Shown here one piece after another: positions 1 through 8,498 of a DNA stretch of 64,000 nucleotides. A model generated the notes under the pieces. It saw only the letters and a program-made list of their open reading frames with translations. It was not told where the DNA came from and made no database searches. The stretch lies in assembly GCA_021738535.1 (NCBI GenBank), contig JAIPBU010000004.1, positions 36,573 through 100,572 on the forward strand, read 5' to 3'. Each line of letters opens with the position of its first letter. Position 1 is the first letter of the stretch. Origin of the DNA: Bacteroidales bacterium (GTDB taxonomy: Bacteria; Bacteroidota; Bacteroidia; Bacteroidales; VadinHA17). The position numbers were made by a program, and so were the translations under genes.

Positions 1-2
1 AT

Positions 3-1784
3 CAGGACTTAAGTGCAGATACTATTGCTATAAGTGAACTATATGATGCACCGGATACCATACCTGATGTTAAATTTAATGCCCGGGAAGCCATCGACTA
101 TCTTACTTCATGGTACAGGAGCGATGCCTGGAATGATGATGATCATCCTCTGAGAAAGTCTATCAGCAGGCTCCTCTTCGAGGTTACTAATGATCCTTTT
201 TATGTGGCAGAGGATTATTTACGAAATTATGAATGGGAAACGATTAAAATACCTGCCAGGAGTTTTTACCTCTGGGATACTCTTCATATTCCCATTCCCA
301 GGGATGATGATAAGCAGCGCTATCAGGACAGTGATATACAGATCGATGACCCTCTGCTGGCCGATACACTGGCCGCTGTCAGTGGAAGGGACACTGTTTA
401 TGCAGATTCTGTGCTAAATGAAAGATATGGCAATGTGGATTACAGGGAGCTGAATAATATATATGTGAGGAATAATAACGGCAGGGACAGGGACAGGAGA
501 GTATCTCATGACAGTATTATACTTGTAATAAGTGATACCCTGGAAAAAGTAATCAGTTCAAACCCCGATTTTCCCTTTCTTTATTATGATCATCCCGGAA
601 CAGGCGATTCAATTCAAATGGCAATAAAGCGGGTGACTGAATATATTGCCGATAATGATTCAAGCAGGGTAATGTTTACGGGTTCTGATAACACAATACC
701 GGTGTGGATGAGTAATACCAGTTCACGGATGACAAGGCTCTGGCTCAGGAATGAATGGGATGAAGAAATATCGGTCTGGATAGGAAGCACATCAAGGGAT
801 TCTATAGATCTATTGGTGGAGAGAGGCGTTCATTTCAGGAGACCCGATAAAAGGACCAATATTGCCGATGCCAAAATAGAAATTAAGTCGGTTGATAAAT
901 CAAGCCTTGCGGAAGCAAGAAAAGCAGAAGTGAAGCCACAGTACTGGAAATTCCTTTCTGAGGCTTCGTTTGTTTTTAACCAGGCTATGATAAAGAACTG
1001 GGTGAAGGGGGGGGAGAGTAATGTGTCCACCCTGCTCGATATTACAGGTAATGCCAATTATACCAACAAGGACGCTAAGACCGTTTGGAATAACCAGGCC
1101 AGGCTTAAATTTGGTCTGATAACAGCATCAACACCACAAAGCATGCAGGTACGTAAGAATGTTGATGAGCTGGACCTTATATCAAAGTTCAACAGCAAAG
1201 CCTTCGGGAAATTTGATTTCAGTGCCACCATGCTTTTCAAGACTCAGCTTGCTTTTGGTTATAAATACCCTAACGATTCCGTGGTTGTTTCAAAGTTCTT
1301 TAACCCGGCTTCCCTCACACTTGGTCTTGGTCTGGATTATAAGCCAAATAAAAATACATCAATCAACTTTGCGCCCTTATCCTATAAGGCAACCTTTGTG
1401 CCTGACACAGCTATGATTGATCCCACAAACCATGGTCTTAAGGCTGACCAGAGATCAAGGCATGAACCCGGTATGAGTGCACAGATAAACCATGAAATGA
1501 CAGTTTTTAATGATATCAAGGTGGTTAATAAGCTGCGATTGTTTACTAACTATATTGATGATCCCCTGAATATTGATATCGACTGGGAAATGATTGCCAC
1601 AGCCAAGCTGAACTGGTTTACAGATATCAGGCTAAATACCCACCTTATCTACGATGATGATACGCTGATACCTGTAAAGGATGAAAATGACGAACAGGTA
1701 AACAATGCCGATGGCAGTCCCAAAAAAGTACCAATGGTGCAGTTCAAGGAAATGATCGGACTGTCCGTGATTTTCAGGTTTTAG
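3..1784 (+). CDS. 5'-truncated CDS; conserved hypothetical, putative outer-membrane beta-barrel protein (DUF3078-like)
   Basis: The ORF track starts this at GTG 204. I translated the same frame from nt 3 to 203 by hand and found no stop, so the frame is open to the window edge. The C-terminal half shows an alternating beta-strand pattern and ends in an aromatic residue (VIFRF), as OM barrels do. The NWVKGGESN...ANY region recalls DUF3078, from memory only. Confidence 0.5.
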   Translation, partial: QDLSADTIAISELYDAPDTIPDVKFNAREAIDYLTSWYRSDAWNDDDHPLRKSISRLLFEVTNDPFYVAEDYLRNYEWETIKIPARSFYLWDTLHIPIPRDDDKQRYQDSDIQIDDPLLADTLAAVSGRDTVYADSVLNERYGNVDYRELNNIYVRNNNGRDRDRRVSHDSIILVISDTLEKVISSNPDFPFLYYDHPGTGDSIQMAIKRVTEYIADNDSSRVMFTGSDNTIPVWMSNTSSRMTRLWLRNEWDEEISVWIGSTSRDSIDLLVERGVHFRRPDKRTNIADAKIEIKSVDKSSLAEARKAEVKPQYWKFLSEASFVFNQAMIKNWVKGGESNVSTLLDITGNANYTNKDAKTVWNNQARLKFGLITASTPQSMQVRKNVDELDLISKFNSKAFGKFDFSATMLFKTQLAFGYKYPNDSVVVSKFFNPASLTLGLGLDYKPNKNTSINFAPLSYKATFVPDTAMIDPTNHGLKADQRSRHEPGMSAQINHEMTVFNDIKVVNKLRLFTNYIDDPLNIDIDWEMIATAKLNWFTDIRLNTHLIYDDDTLIPVKDENDEQVNNADGSPKKVPMVQFKEMIGLSVIFRF

Positions 1785-1808
1785 GAAGACGAAATGTTTA
1801 GGCTGAGG

Positions 1809-2678
1809 CTATACAAAAAGATCAGCAATCGCCAGTGCACAGAATAGCAACCCTGCATAACTGTTCATTATTCCGAATGCTTTCAGGATGCTGGAATTAT
1901 CTCCCGGTTTAACAATTATATGCTCCCAGGTCAGTAACAGTGCAAAAATAGCTGTGCCTGTCCAGAAAAAGATTCCTGAACCTGATAATAAACCTGCAAT
2001 AACAACCAGCGCCACACTTGCCAGGTGAAAAAGAGCAGATAGTACGAGTGACATGACTGGTCCAAGTTTAACGGGGATTGACAGCAGTTGATTGCGGCGG
2101 TCAAACTCTGAATCCTGCAATGAGTAAATAATATCAAATCCTGCAACCCAGAACAATACCACGAAACTGTACATTATGGGTATTATGTCAAATTTGCCCG
2201 TTACGGAAATGTAGGCACCTGTAGGGGCAAGACTTAATGCAAGTCCCAGGAAGAGGTGACTGAGTGATGTGAATCGTTTAGTCAGGCTGTATCCAAGTAT
2301 AACAGCCAGGGCAACAGGAGAAAGTGCCAGGGTAAGCATGTTTATAAAGCCTGCGGCTGCAATAAAAAGAACAGAGTTTATTATTACGAAGAGCAGGGCA
2401 GCGCGGGAACTAATAACTCCTGCAGGTATCTCCCTGCCGGCAGTCCTGGGATTCATCCTGTCTGTCCGCTGATCGGCGTACCTGTTAAAGCCCATTGCTG
2501 CATTCCTGGCAAAGACCATGCAAAGTATTACCAGCAGTAATTGTCTCCAGCTGAATTCTCCCTCGCCTGTATTGATGGCAGTGAAGAAACCCAGCAAAGC
2601 AAAAGGCATGGCAAAAACGGTATGTGAGAATTTTACCAGGGACAGGTAGTTGTTGATGTTCCTGAAGATAGATTTCAT
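1809..2678 (-). CDS. UbiA-family aromatic prenyltransferase (4-hydroxybenzoate polyprenyltransferase-like; candidate menaquinone prenyltransferase of the futalosine route)
   Basis: 289 aa and polytopic. It has an Asp-rich motif NRYADQRTDRMNPRTAGREIPAG and a second motif (DIIYSLQDSEFD) typical of UbiA prenyltransferases. It lies 6 nt downstream of pheT on the same strand. Confidence 0.8.
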   Translation of the reverse strand: MKSIFRNINNYLSLVKFSHTVFAMPFALLGFFTAINTGEGEFSWRQLLLVILCMVFARNAAMGFNRYADQRTDRMNPRTAGREIPAGVISSRAALLFVIINSVLFIAAAGFINMLTLALSPVALAVILGYSLTKRFTSLSHLFLGLALSLAPTGAYISVTGKFDIIPIMYSFVVLFWVAGFDIIYSLQDSEFDRRNQLLSIPVKLGPVMSLVLSALFHLASVALVVIAGLLSGSGIFFWTGTAIFALLLTWEHIIVKPGDNSSILKAFGIMNSYAGLLFCALAIADLFV

Positions 2679-2684
2679 AAATTT

Positions 2685-5135
2685 TTACCTGATCTGTGCT
2701 CCCAGTTCGTCACGGTAAGCTTTCTGAAGTTTGTTCATTACCTTATCTATAATCTTTTCAGTAAGAGTCTTCTTGTCATCTCTCAGGATGAAACTGACTG
2801 CATAAGACTTTTTATTTTTGCCGAGAGATTCACTTTCGTATACATCGAAAAGCCCAACCTGGCGCAGGAGGTTCTTTTCACTCCTGAAAGCCAGCTGCCT
2901 GATTTGCTCAAACCTGGTATCTTTATCAACCAGTAAAGCAAGATCCCTTCTTACGCTGGGGTATTTAGGCAGTTCACTGTAAGTGATTTTATGCTTTTTC
3001 AGGCTTTTCAGCACAGTGTCAAATTCTATGTGCCCATAGAAAACATCCTGTTTAATATCATTTTTTTCAAGGAACCCGGCGTTGATTTTTCCAAAGTGAG
3101 CAATCTGCTTATTGTTTACACTCAGTTCCAGGCTCTCATCATAGTATTTATAGTGCATTTCACTGGTGGTGAAGGAGTCTTTGTTAAATCCCAGTTTTTC
3201 GAGCACCATCTCAACTGCCCATTTAATGGAATAGAAATCACTTGTTTCGCCGGGGTTGTCCCAGCTTTCAGGTCTTCTTGAACCGCTTAAAAACAGGTCG
3301 AGTGAGAGTTTTTCCGTGTAATTATTAACAGGATCTGCTTCCTTTTTATCTGAATTGAGAAAGTAACAGGTGCCAAATTCATAAAATGCAAGATCGGGAT
3401 TTTGCCTGTTTATATTTCTTGATATTGCACTTAATCCTCCAAATAAAAGGGACTGCCTCATGCAGTCAAGATCATTGCTTAAAGGGTTGGCAAGCATTAC
3501 GGTTTTATCGTTTTCAAAATCATGATTCTCTTCATACCATGATGAAGGATTAAGCGAATTAGACATGATCTCACTGAAGCCTGCTCCTGAGAGCATATCG
3601 GATATGGTGTTTATTACCCTTTCTTTTTCCGGTTTATCAAAGAAGCTGAGTGTTGAATTAACATGCTGGGGAACTTCAATGTTGTTGTAGCCGTAGATCC
3701 TGAGCACTTCCTCGATAATATCTGCCTCCCTGGTGACATCCACCCGGTATGCGGGAACTTCACAGCTAAAGGAATCATTGTCGTATGCCGTTACATCAAT
3801 ATCCAGCGAATCAAGGATCTTCATTATCTCTTCCTTCTTAATGGACTTGCCCGTAAGGCGTGTAATATTATCATAAGAGACCTCAACAATTGCTTTTTTC
3901 ACCTTGCTGGGATATACATCCACTACACGGGAGCTGATAGTGCCACCGGCCAGTTCTTTTATAAGAAGGGCAGCTCTTTTCAATGCCCAGAGAGTTATTT
4001 CCGGATCAGAACCGCGTTCAAACCTGAAAGACGCATCAGTCTGCAGGTCGTGGCGGCGCGATGTTTTACGTATTGATACAGGATTAAAACATGCACTCTC
4101 CAGGAATATGTTCTTTGTTTTTCCGATTACCCCTGATCCCAGTCCGCCGAAGACTCCTGCTATACACATTCCTTTTTCAGCATCGCATATCATGAGATCT
4201 TTGTCAGATAATTCCCTTTCTTCCTCATCGAGTGTTACAAATTTTGTTTTATCAGGGAGGTTTTTTACAATAACCTTCCCGCCGGCTATTTTGTCTGCAT
4301 CAAAGGCATGCAGCGGTTGACCTGATTCGTGAAGTACATAATTTGTAATATCCACAACATTATTGAGTGGGGCAAGCCCAATTGCTTTTAACCTGTTCTT
4401 AAGCCATTGCGGAGACTCCTTTACTTCGACCCCCGATATTGTAAGTCCTGAATACCTTATGCAGTCTTGCTCATTTTCAATAATAACCGGTATGTGCAAC
4501 GAATCACTTTCTTCCTTAAACTCTTTAACCGAAGGCAGTTTTGCCCTGTTGAACCTGAACAGGTTGAAATATGCCGCAAGGTCCCTTGCAGCTCCGAAAT
4601 GAGACCCTCCGTCTATCCTGTTGGGAGTAAGCCCGATTTCAAATACCGTGTCGTACTCCACATCGAAGTACCTGTTGGCAGGGATGCCCAAAGGTGTGTC
4701 TTCCGGCAGCACGATTATCCCTTCGTGTGATTCGCCCAGGCCGAGCTCATCCTCCGCACATATCATACCCTCGGATACTTCACCTCTTATCTTCGTCTTC
4801 TTAATTAAAAATTCTGCACCCCTGAAATCCAGGACTGCACCCGGAGTGGCAACCACTACTTTCTGACCTGCCTCAACATTAGGAGCACCGCAAACAATTT
4901 TATGGAGTTCCTTATCGCCTGTATCTACCGTTGTGACAAACAGCCTGTCTGCGTTTGGATGCCTCTCGCATGTTTTTACTTCACCCGTCAGCACTCCCTT
5001 CATTCCTCCCTTTACAGATACCCAGTCATCCATTCCCTCTACCTCAAGTCCAATATTGGTCAGTATGGTGCTCAGTTCTTCTGGTTTCTTGTCTGTGTCA
5101 AGGTATTGTAATAACCAGTTGTATGAAATCTTCAT
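2685..5135 (-). CDS. pheT: phenylalanine--tRNA ligase beta subunit
   Basis: 816 aa. The N-terminal tRNA-binding OB domain (KTCERHPNADRL) and the overall length and domain order match bacterial PheRS beta. Confidence 0.95.
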   Translation of the reverse strand: MKISYNWLLQYLDTDKKPEELSTILTNIGLEVEGMDDWVSVKGGMKGVLTGEVKTCERHPNADRLFVTTVDTGDKELHKIVCGAPNVEAGQKVVVATPGAVLDFRGAEFLIKKTKIRGEVSEGMICAEDELGLGESHEGIIVLPEDTPLGIPANRYFDVEYDTVFEIGLTPNRIDGGSHFGAARDLAAYFNLFRFNRAKLPSVKEFKEESDSLHIPVIIENEQDCIRYSGLTISGVEVKESPQWLKNRLKAIGLAPLNNVVDITNYVLHESGQPLHAFDADKIAGGKVIVKNLPDKTKFVTLDEEERELSDKDLMICDAEKGMCIAGVFGGLGSGVIGKTKNIFLESACFNPVSIRKTSRRHDLQTDASFRFERGSDPEITLWALKRAALLIKELAGGTISSRVVDVYPSKVKKAIVEVSYDNITRLTGKSIKKEEIMKILDSLDIDVTAYDNDSFSCEVPAYRVDVTREADIIEEVLRIYGYNNIEVPQHVNSTLSFFDKPEKERVINTISDMLSGAGFSEIMSNSLNPSSWYEENHDFENDKTVMLANPLSNDLDCMRQSLLFGGLSAISRNINRQNPDLAFYEFGTCYFLNSDKKEADPVNNYTEKLSLDLFLSGSRRPESWDNPGETSDFYSIKWAVEMVLEKLGFNKDSFTTSEMHYKYYDESLELSVNNKQIAHFGKINAGFLEKNDIKQDVFYGHIEFDTVLKSLKKHKITYSELPKYPSVRRDLALLVDKDTRFEQIRQLAFRSEKNLLRQVGLFDVYESESLGKNKKSYAVSFILRDDKKTLTEKIIDKVMNKLQKAYRDELGAQIR

Positions 5136-5198
5136 GCCGGAAAGTAATTTATTCTTAAAAAATTATACCACTGCAGAATTTTATATATGCAGGTTCCG

Positions 5199-5206
5199 CA
5201 AAAGTA
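5199..5206 (-). promoter_or_regulatory. candidate Bacteroidota -7 promoter box (TACTTTTG on minus strand) for pheT
   Basis: Plus-strand CAAAAGTA is the reverse complement of TAnnTTTG. It lies 64 nt upstream of the pheT start at 5135. Confidence 0.35.
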
Positions 5207-5266
5207 AGGATTTTTGGATTAAGTATGCAGCCGTAAAATTACTTTATTTAACTTGCCGTATTTATC

Positions 5267-5274
5267 TATCTTTG
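5267..5274 (+). promoter_or_regulatory. candidate -7 promoter box TATCTTTG for surE
   Basis: Exact match to TAnnTTTG, ending 49 nt before the surE ATG at 5323. Confidence 0.4.
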
Positions 5275-5322
5275 CATAATTGAACTGTGAAATGTAATAA
5301 TTATTAAAGGCAAGGCTGAATA

Positions 5323-6120
5323 ATGAAGGTTGAAAAGAATGACAGGCTGATACTATTAACAAATGACGATGGTTTATATGCAGAAGGTCTGCGTACATTG
5401 ACAGAAGTGATGCAGGAATTCGGTAAGGTAGTTGTTGTATCTACCATGGAGAGTCGTTCAGGGATGTCCCAGGCACTTACCGTTAAAATGCCTATCAGGG
5501 TCAAGCTGCTTGATGAAACAGAGACCAAGAGGGTTTATGCCTGCAGCGGTACCCCTACAGATGGTGTTAAGATAGCTATAAACCAGCTTCTTGAAAGAGA
5601 ACCTGATTGGGTTGTGTCCGGTATTAATCATGGTGCAAATGCTTCAGTCAGCATTATCTATTCCGGCACAATGGCGGCTGCAATTGAGGGCTGCCTTTAT
5701 GGGATAGATTCAGTGGGATTCTCTCTGAATAACTTCTCATCAGGAGCCGACTTTGCACCGGCAAAGAAATATGTCAGGGAGGTAATGGAAAATGTTGCGG
5801 CAAATAAATTGCCCAAAGGAGTATGTTTGAATGTTAACATACCTTCCTGTGAAAGTGAGCAGGTAAGGGGTGTGAGAATATGCAGGCAGGCCAGGGGGAA
5901 CTGGAGGGAAGAGTTTGAAAAGAGAAGGGATCCCATGGGTAAAACCTATTACTGGCTGACAGGAATTTTTCAGAACCATGAGCCCGAGGCCTCAGATACC
6001 GATGAATGGGCACTGGCAAATAATTATGTGTCAGTAGTGCCCGTATCCGTGGATATGACTTCGCATGACTATATAAATGTTCTGAAGAAACAGATGAATG
6101 GCGACAGGGCCGGTAGTTAG
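5323..6120 (+). CDS. surE: 5'/3'-nucleotidase SurE
   Basis: The N-terminal ILLTNDDGLYAEGL motif and the ~260 aa length are characteristic of SurE. Confidence 0.9.
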   Translation: MKVEKNDRLILLTNDDGLYAEGLRTLTEVMQEFGKVVVVSTMESRSGMSQALTVKMPIRVKLLDETETKRVYACSGTPTDGVKIAINQLLEREPDWVVSGINHGANASVSIIYSGTMAAAIEGCLYGIDSVGFSLNNFSSGADFAPAKKYVREVMENVAANKLPKGVCLNVNIPSCESEQVRGVRICRQARGNWREEFEKRRDPMGKTYYWLTGIFQNHEPEASDTDEWALANNYVSVVPVSVDMTSHDYINVLKKQMNGDRAGS

Positions 6121-6175
6121 TTTTGCTGTGATATCAATATATAAAGTGTATATTTTTACTTAAATAGCAGGGGAC

Positions 6176-7312
6176 TTGAAATATTTTATAATCGCAGGAG
6201 AAGCCAGTGGGGATTTGCATGGTGCAAACCTGGTAAAGGAGCTCAGGGCTGTTGATGACAATGCTGAAATTCAGTGCTGGGGCGGCGATAAAATGTCAAA
6301 GGCAGGTGCTTACCTGCTCAAAGATTACAGGGACCTGGCTATTATGGGCTTCTGGGAAGTGCTGTTAAAACTGAGAAGCATATTCACAAACCTCAGGATA
6401 TGTACTGAACAGGTTGTTAGTTTTAAACCGGATATCGTAATACTTATTGACTACCCGGGTTTTAACCTGAGAATTGCCAGAAGGCTGAAAAAATACAATA
6501 CCAGGATTTATTATTATATCAGTCCAAAAGTGTGGGCATGGAAAAGTTCAAGAATAAAGAAGATCAAAGAGTATATAGACCGTATGTATGTGATCTTTCC
6601 TTTCGAACCTGAATTCTTCTCCCGCTACGACTATAAGGTTCATTATTTCGGTAATCCCCTGGTTGAACATGTTGAGGGAGAACTCGAAAAGGCCCTGCCT
6701 TATAATAAGCTTATCTCTGCCGAATCGCTCGATAATAAACCTTTAATTGCACTGCTGGCAGGCAGTCGTACCCAGGAAGTAAAAAAGATACTGCCCGCGA
6801 TGGCCTCTTTGCAAAAGTATTATCCTGATTACATGTTTGCCGTGGCAGGTGTCAGGTCCGTGGACCCCGGTATTTATTCAGTCATACTGAAAGATACAGG
6901 TATTGAAGTTGTTTATGACAGGACTTATGATCTTCTGCGAAATTCTGAAGCAGCAATGGTGACTTCAGGAACGGCTACACTGGAAGCTGCAATAGCAGGT
7001 ATTCCCCAGGTTGTGTGCTACAGAACCAGCTGGCTGTCATACCGGCTGGCAAGGATGCTGGTAAAAATTCGTTTTATATCGCTTGTTAACCTTATAATGG
7101 ACAGGGAGATAGTGAAGGAGCTGATTCAACACGACCTTAATGAAAAGAGAATGGTTTCGGAACTGAACTCAATCCTGCCGGGAGGATGGAAGAGAGAAGT
7201 GATGCTTGAAAATTATGCAATACTTAAGGATAAACTCTCCGGCAAGGGAGCATCAGAAAGAATAGCAGTTGATATATACAACTCTCTTAAACTGGTGGAG
7301 AATGTCAACTAG
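6176..7312 (+). CDS. lpxB: lipid-A-disaccharide synthase
   Basis: TTG start. The N-terminus KYFIIAGEASGDLHGANL is the classic LpxB (GT19) start, and the length is 378 aa. Confidence 0.9.
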   Translation: MKYFIIAGEASGDLHGANLVKELRAVDDNAEIQCWGGDKMSKAGAYLLKDYRDLAIMGFWEVLLKLRSIFTNLRICTEQVVSFKPDIVILIDYPGFNLRIARRLKKYNTRIYYYISPKVWAWKSSRIKKIKEYIDRMYVIFPFEPEFFSRYDYKVHYFGNPLVEHVEGELEKALPYNKLISAESLDNKPLIALLAGSRTQEVKKILPAMASLQKYYPDYMFAVAGVRSVDPGIYSVILKDTGIEVVYDRTYDLLRNSEAAMVTSGTATLEAAIAGIPQVVCYRTSWLSYRLARMLVKIRFISLVNLIMDREIVKELIQHDLNEKRMVSELNSILPGGWKREVMLENYAILKDKLSGKGASERIAVDIYNSLKLVENVN

Positions 7313-8456
7313 CCGCAGGAGATACATCTTCCTTATCGTACTGTTAGTACTCTGCACTGTACTGGGCTACGGCAGGGATGTAAGAATTGGCCTCCTTAGT
7401 TACGAAGACCTGTTTTCTCTTACAATAAAGATACAGTCTGGCAGATATGAGCTCTCCGCCGGCGGAAAAATGCTTACTCTTACCCCGGGCGGGAATATAC
7501 TTGTAACTAAAGCAGGTGAGAGGCTGTTTGTCAGTGTTGCCGGGCAGGAGACCATAGTTGCTGACTCATTGATATTACGGCATTCAGAAGGTGCTGATGC
7601 TGTTTTCTCTTTACGGAATAATATTGTTCCCGGACCACCCGGGCAATACAATGATGACCTGGTTGTGAAGCCGGGGATAAGGTCATTGCTGGCTGTTAAT
7701 GTTGTTGATATTAACAGGTATCTCGCAGGAGTGGTTCAGTCAGAGGCAGGGTATAAGGGAAGTTTGGAGTATTTTAAGGCACAGGCTGTTATTGCAAGAA
7801 CCTACTTCTACATGCATTCAGACAGGCATATGCAGGATGGTTATAATATTTGCGACAGAACACATTGCCAGGTGTACAAGGGGATGTCGGTTACTGAAAT
7901 AATCAATAATGCAGTGCTTATTACCGGAGGAATGGTTCTGACAAATAAAGACAGTATTCTTGTTTTTGCACCTTTCCATGCTAACTGCGGAGGCCAAACG
8001 GAGGTGTCAGGTAATGTGTGGCTAAATAATGAGGGCCATCTGAAAAGTGTAACTGATCCTTATTGCGGATTTTCAGCAAGTGCTGCCTGGTCAAGGGAAA
8101 TCAGCCTGGAAAAATGGCTGGATTACCTGTCCGGACATGGCTACAGGCATAACAAATTATCTGACCTCGGGTTTGATCAGTTAAGCAGGAAAAAGTATTA
8201 CAGGGCAGGTGAGTTTGTTTTTCCCCTTTCAAAAATACGCCTTGACTGGGATCTCAGGTCTGCTTTTTTTGCTGTTGAAGTAAAAGACTCCAGCATATAC
8301 CTTGATGGTCGCGGATACGGACACGGAGTGGGCTTGTGCCAGGATGGAGCCAGGGTGATGGCCGACAGGGGGTTCAGGATGCGGGAGATATTGAATTTTT
8401 ATTTCAGTGGTCTTCTGGTAATGGATATAAAAGATGCAAAAGCAGACTTGATGTAA
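7302..8456 (+). CDS. SpoIID/LytB domain-containing protein
   Basis: The AQAVIARTYFY, CDRTHCQVYKG and HGVGLCQDGA motifs are typical of the SpoIID/LytB domain. I prefer ATG 7302 (MSTSRRRYIFLIVLLVL signal or anchor) over the track start at 7269. It overlaps the lpxB stop by 11 nt. Confidence 0.8.
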   Translation: MSTSRRRYIFLIVLLVLCTVLGYGRDVRIGLLSYEDLFSLTIKIQSGRYELSAGGKMLTLTPGGNILVTKAGERLFVSVAGQETIVADSLILRHSEGADAVFSLRNNIVPGPPGQYNDDLVVKPGIRSLLAVNVVDINRYLAGVVQSEAGYKGSLEYFKAQAVIARTYFYMHSDRHMQDGYNICDRTHCQVYKGMSVTEIINNAVLITGGMVLTNKDSILVFAPFHANCGGQTEVSGNVWLNNEGHLKSVTDPYCGFSASAAWSREISLEKWLDYLSGHGYRHNKLSDLGFDQLSRKKYYRAGEFVFPLSKIRLDWDLRSAFFAVEVKDSSIYLDGRGYGHGVGLCQDGARVMADRGFRMREILNFYFSGLLVMDIKDAKADLM

Positions 8457-8471
8457 CTACTGCAATTTAAG

Positions 8472-8479
8472 TACATTTG
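8472..8479 (+). promoter_or_regulatory. candidate -7 promoter box TACATTTG
   Basis: Exact TAnnTTTG match, 20 nt upstream of ATG 8499. Confidence 0.4.
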
Positions 8480-8498
8480 TAATTCAAACTCAGAGGAA

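Noticed and set aside
204-1784. Treating the first gene as complete with a GTG start at 204
   Set aside because: The frame stays open back to nt 3, as verified codon by codon. The gene is more likely truncated by the window edge.
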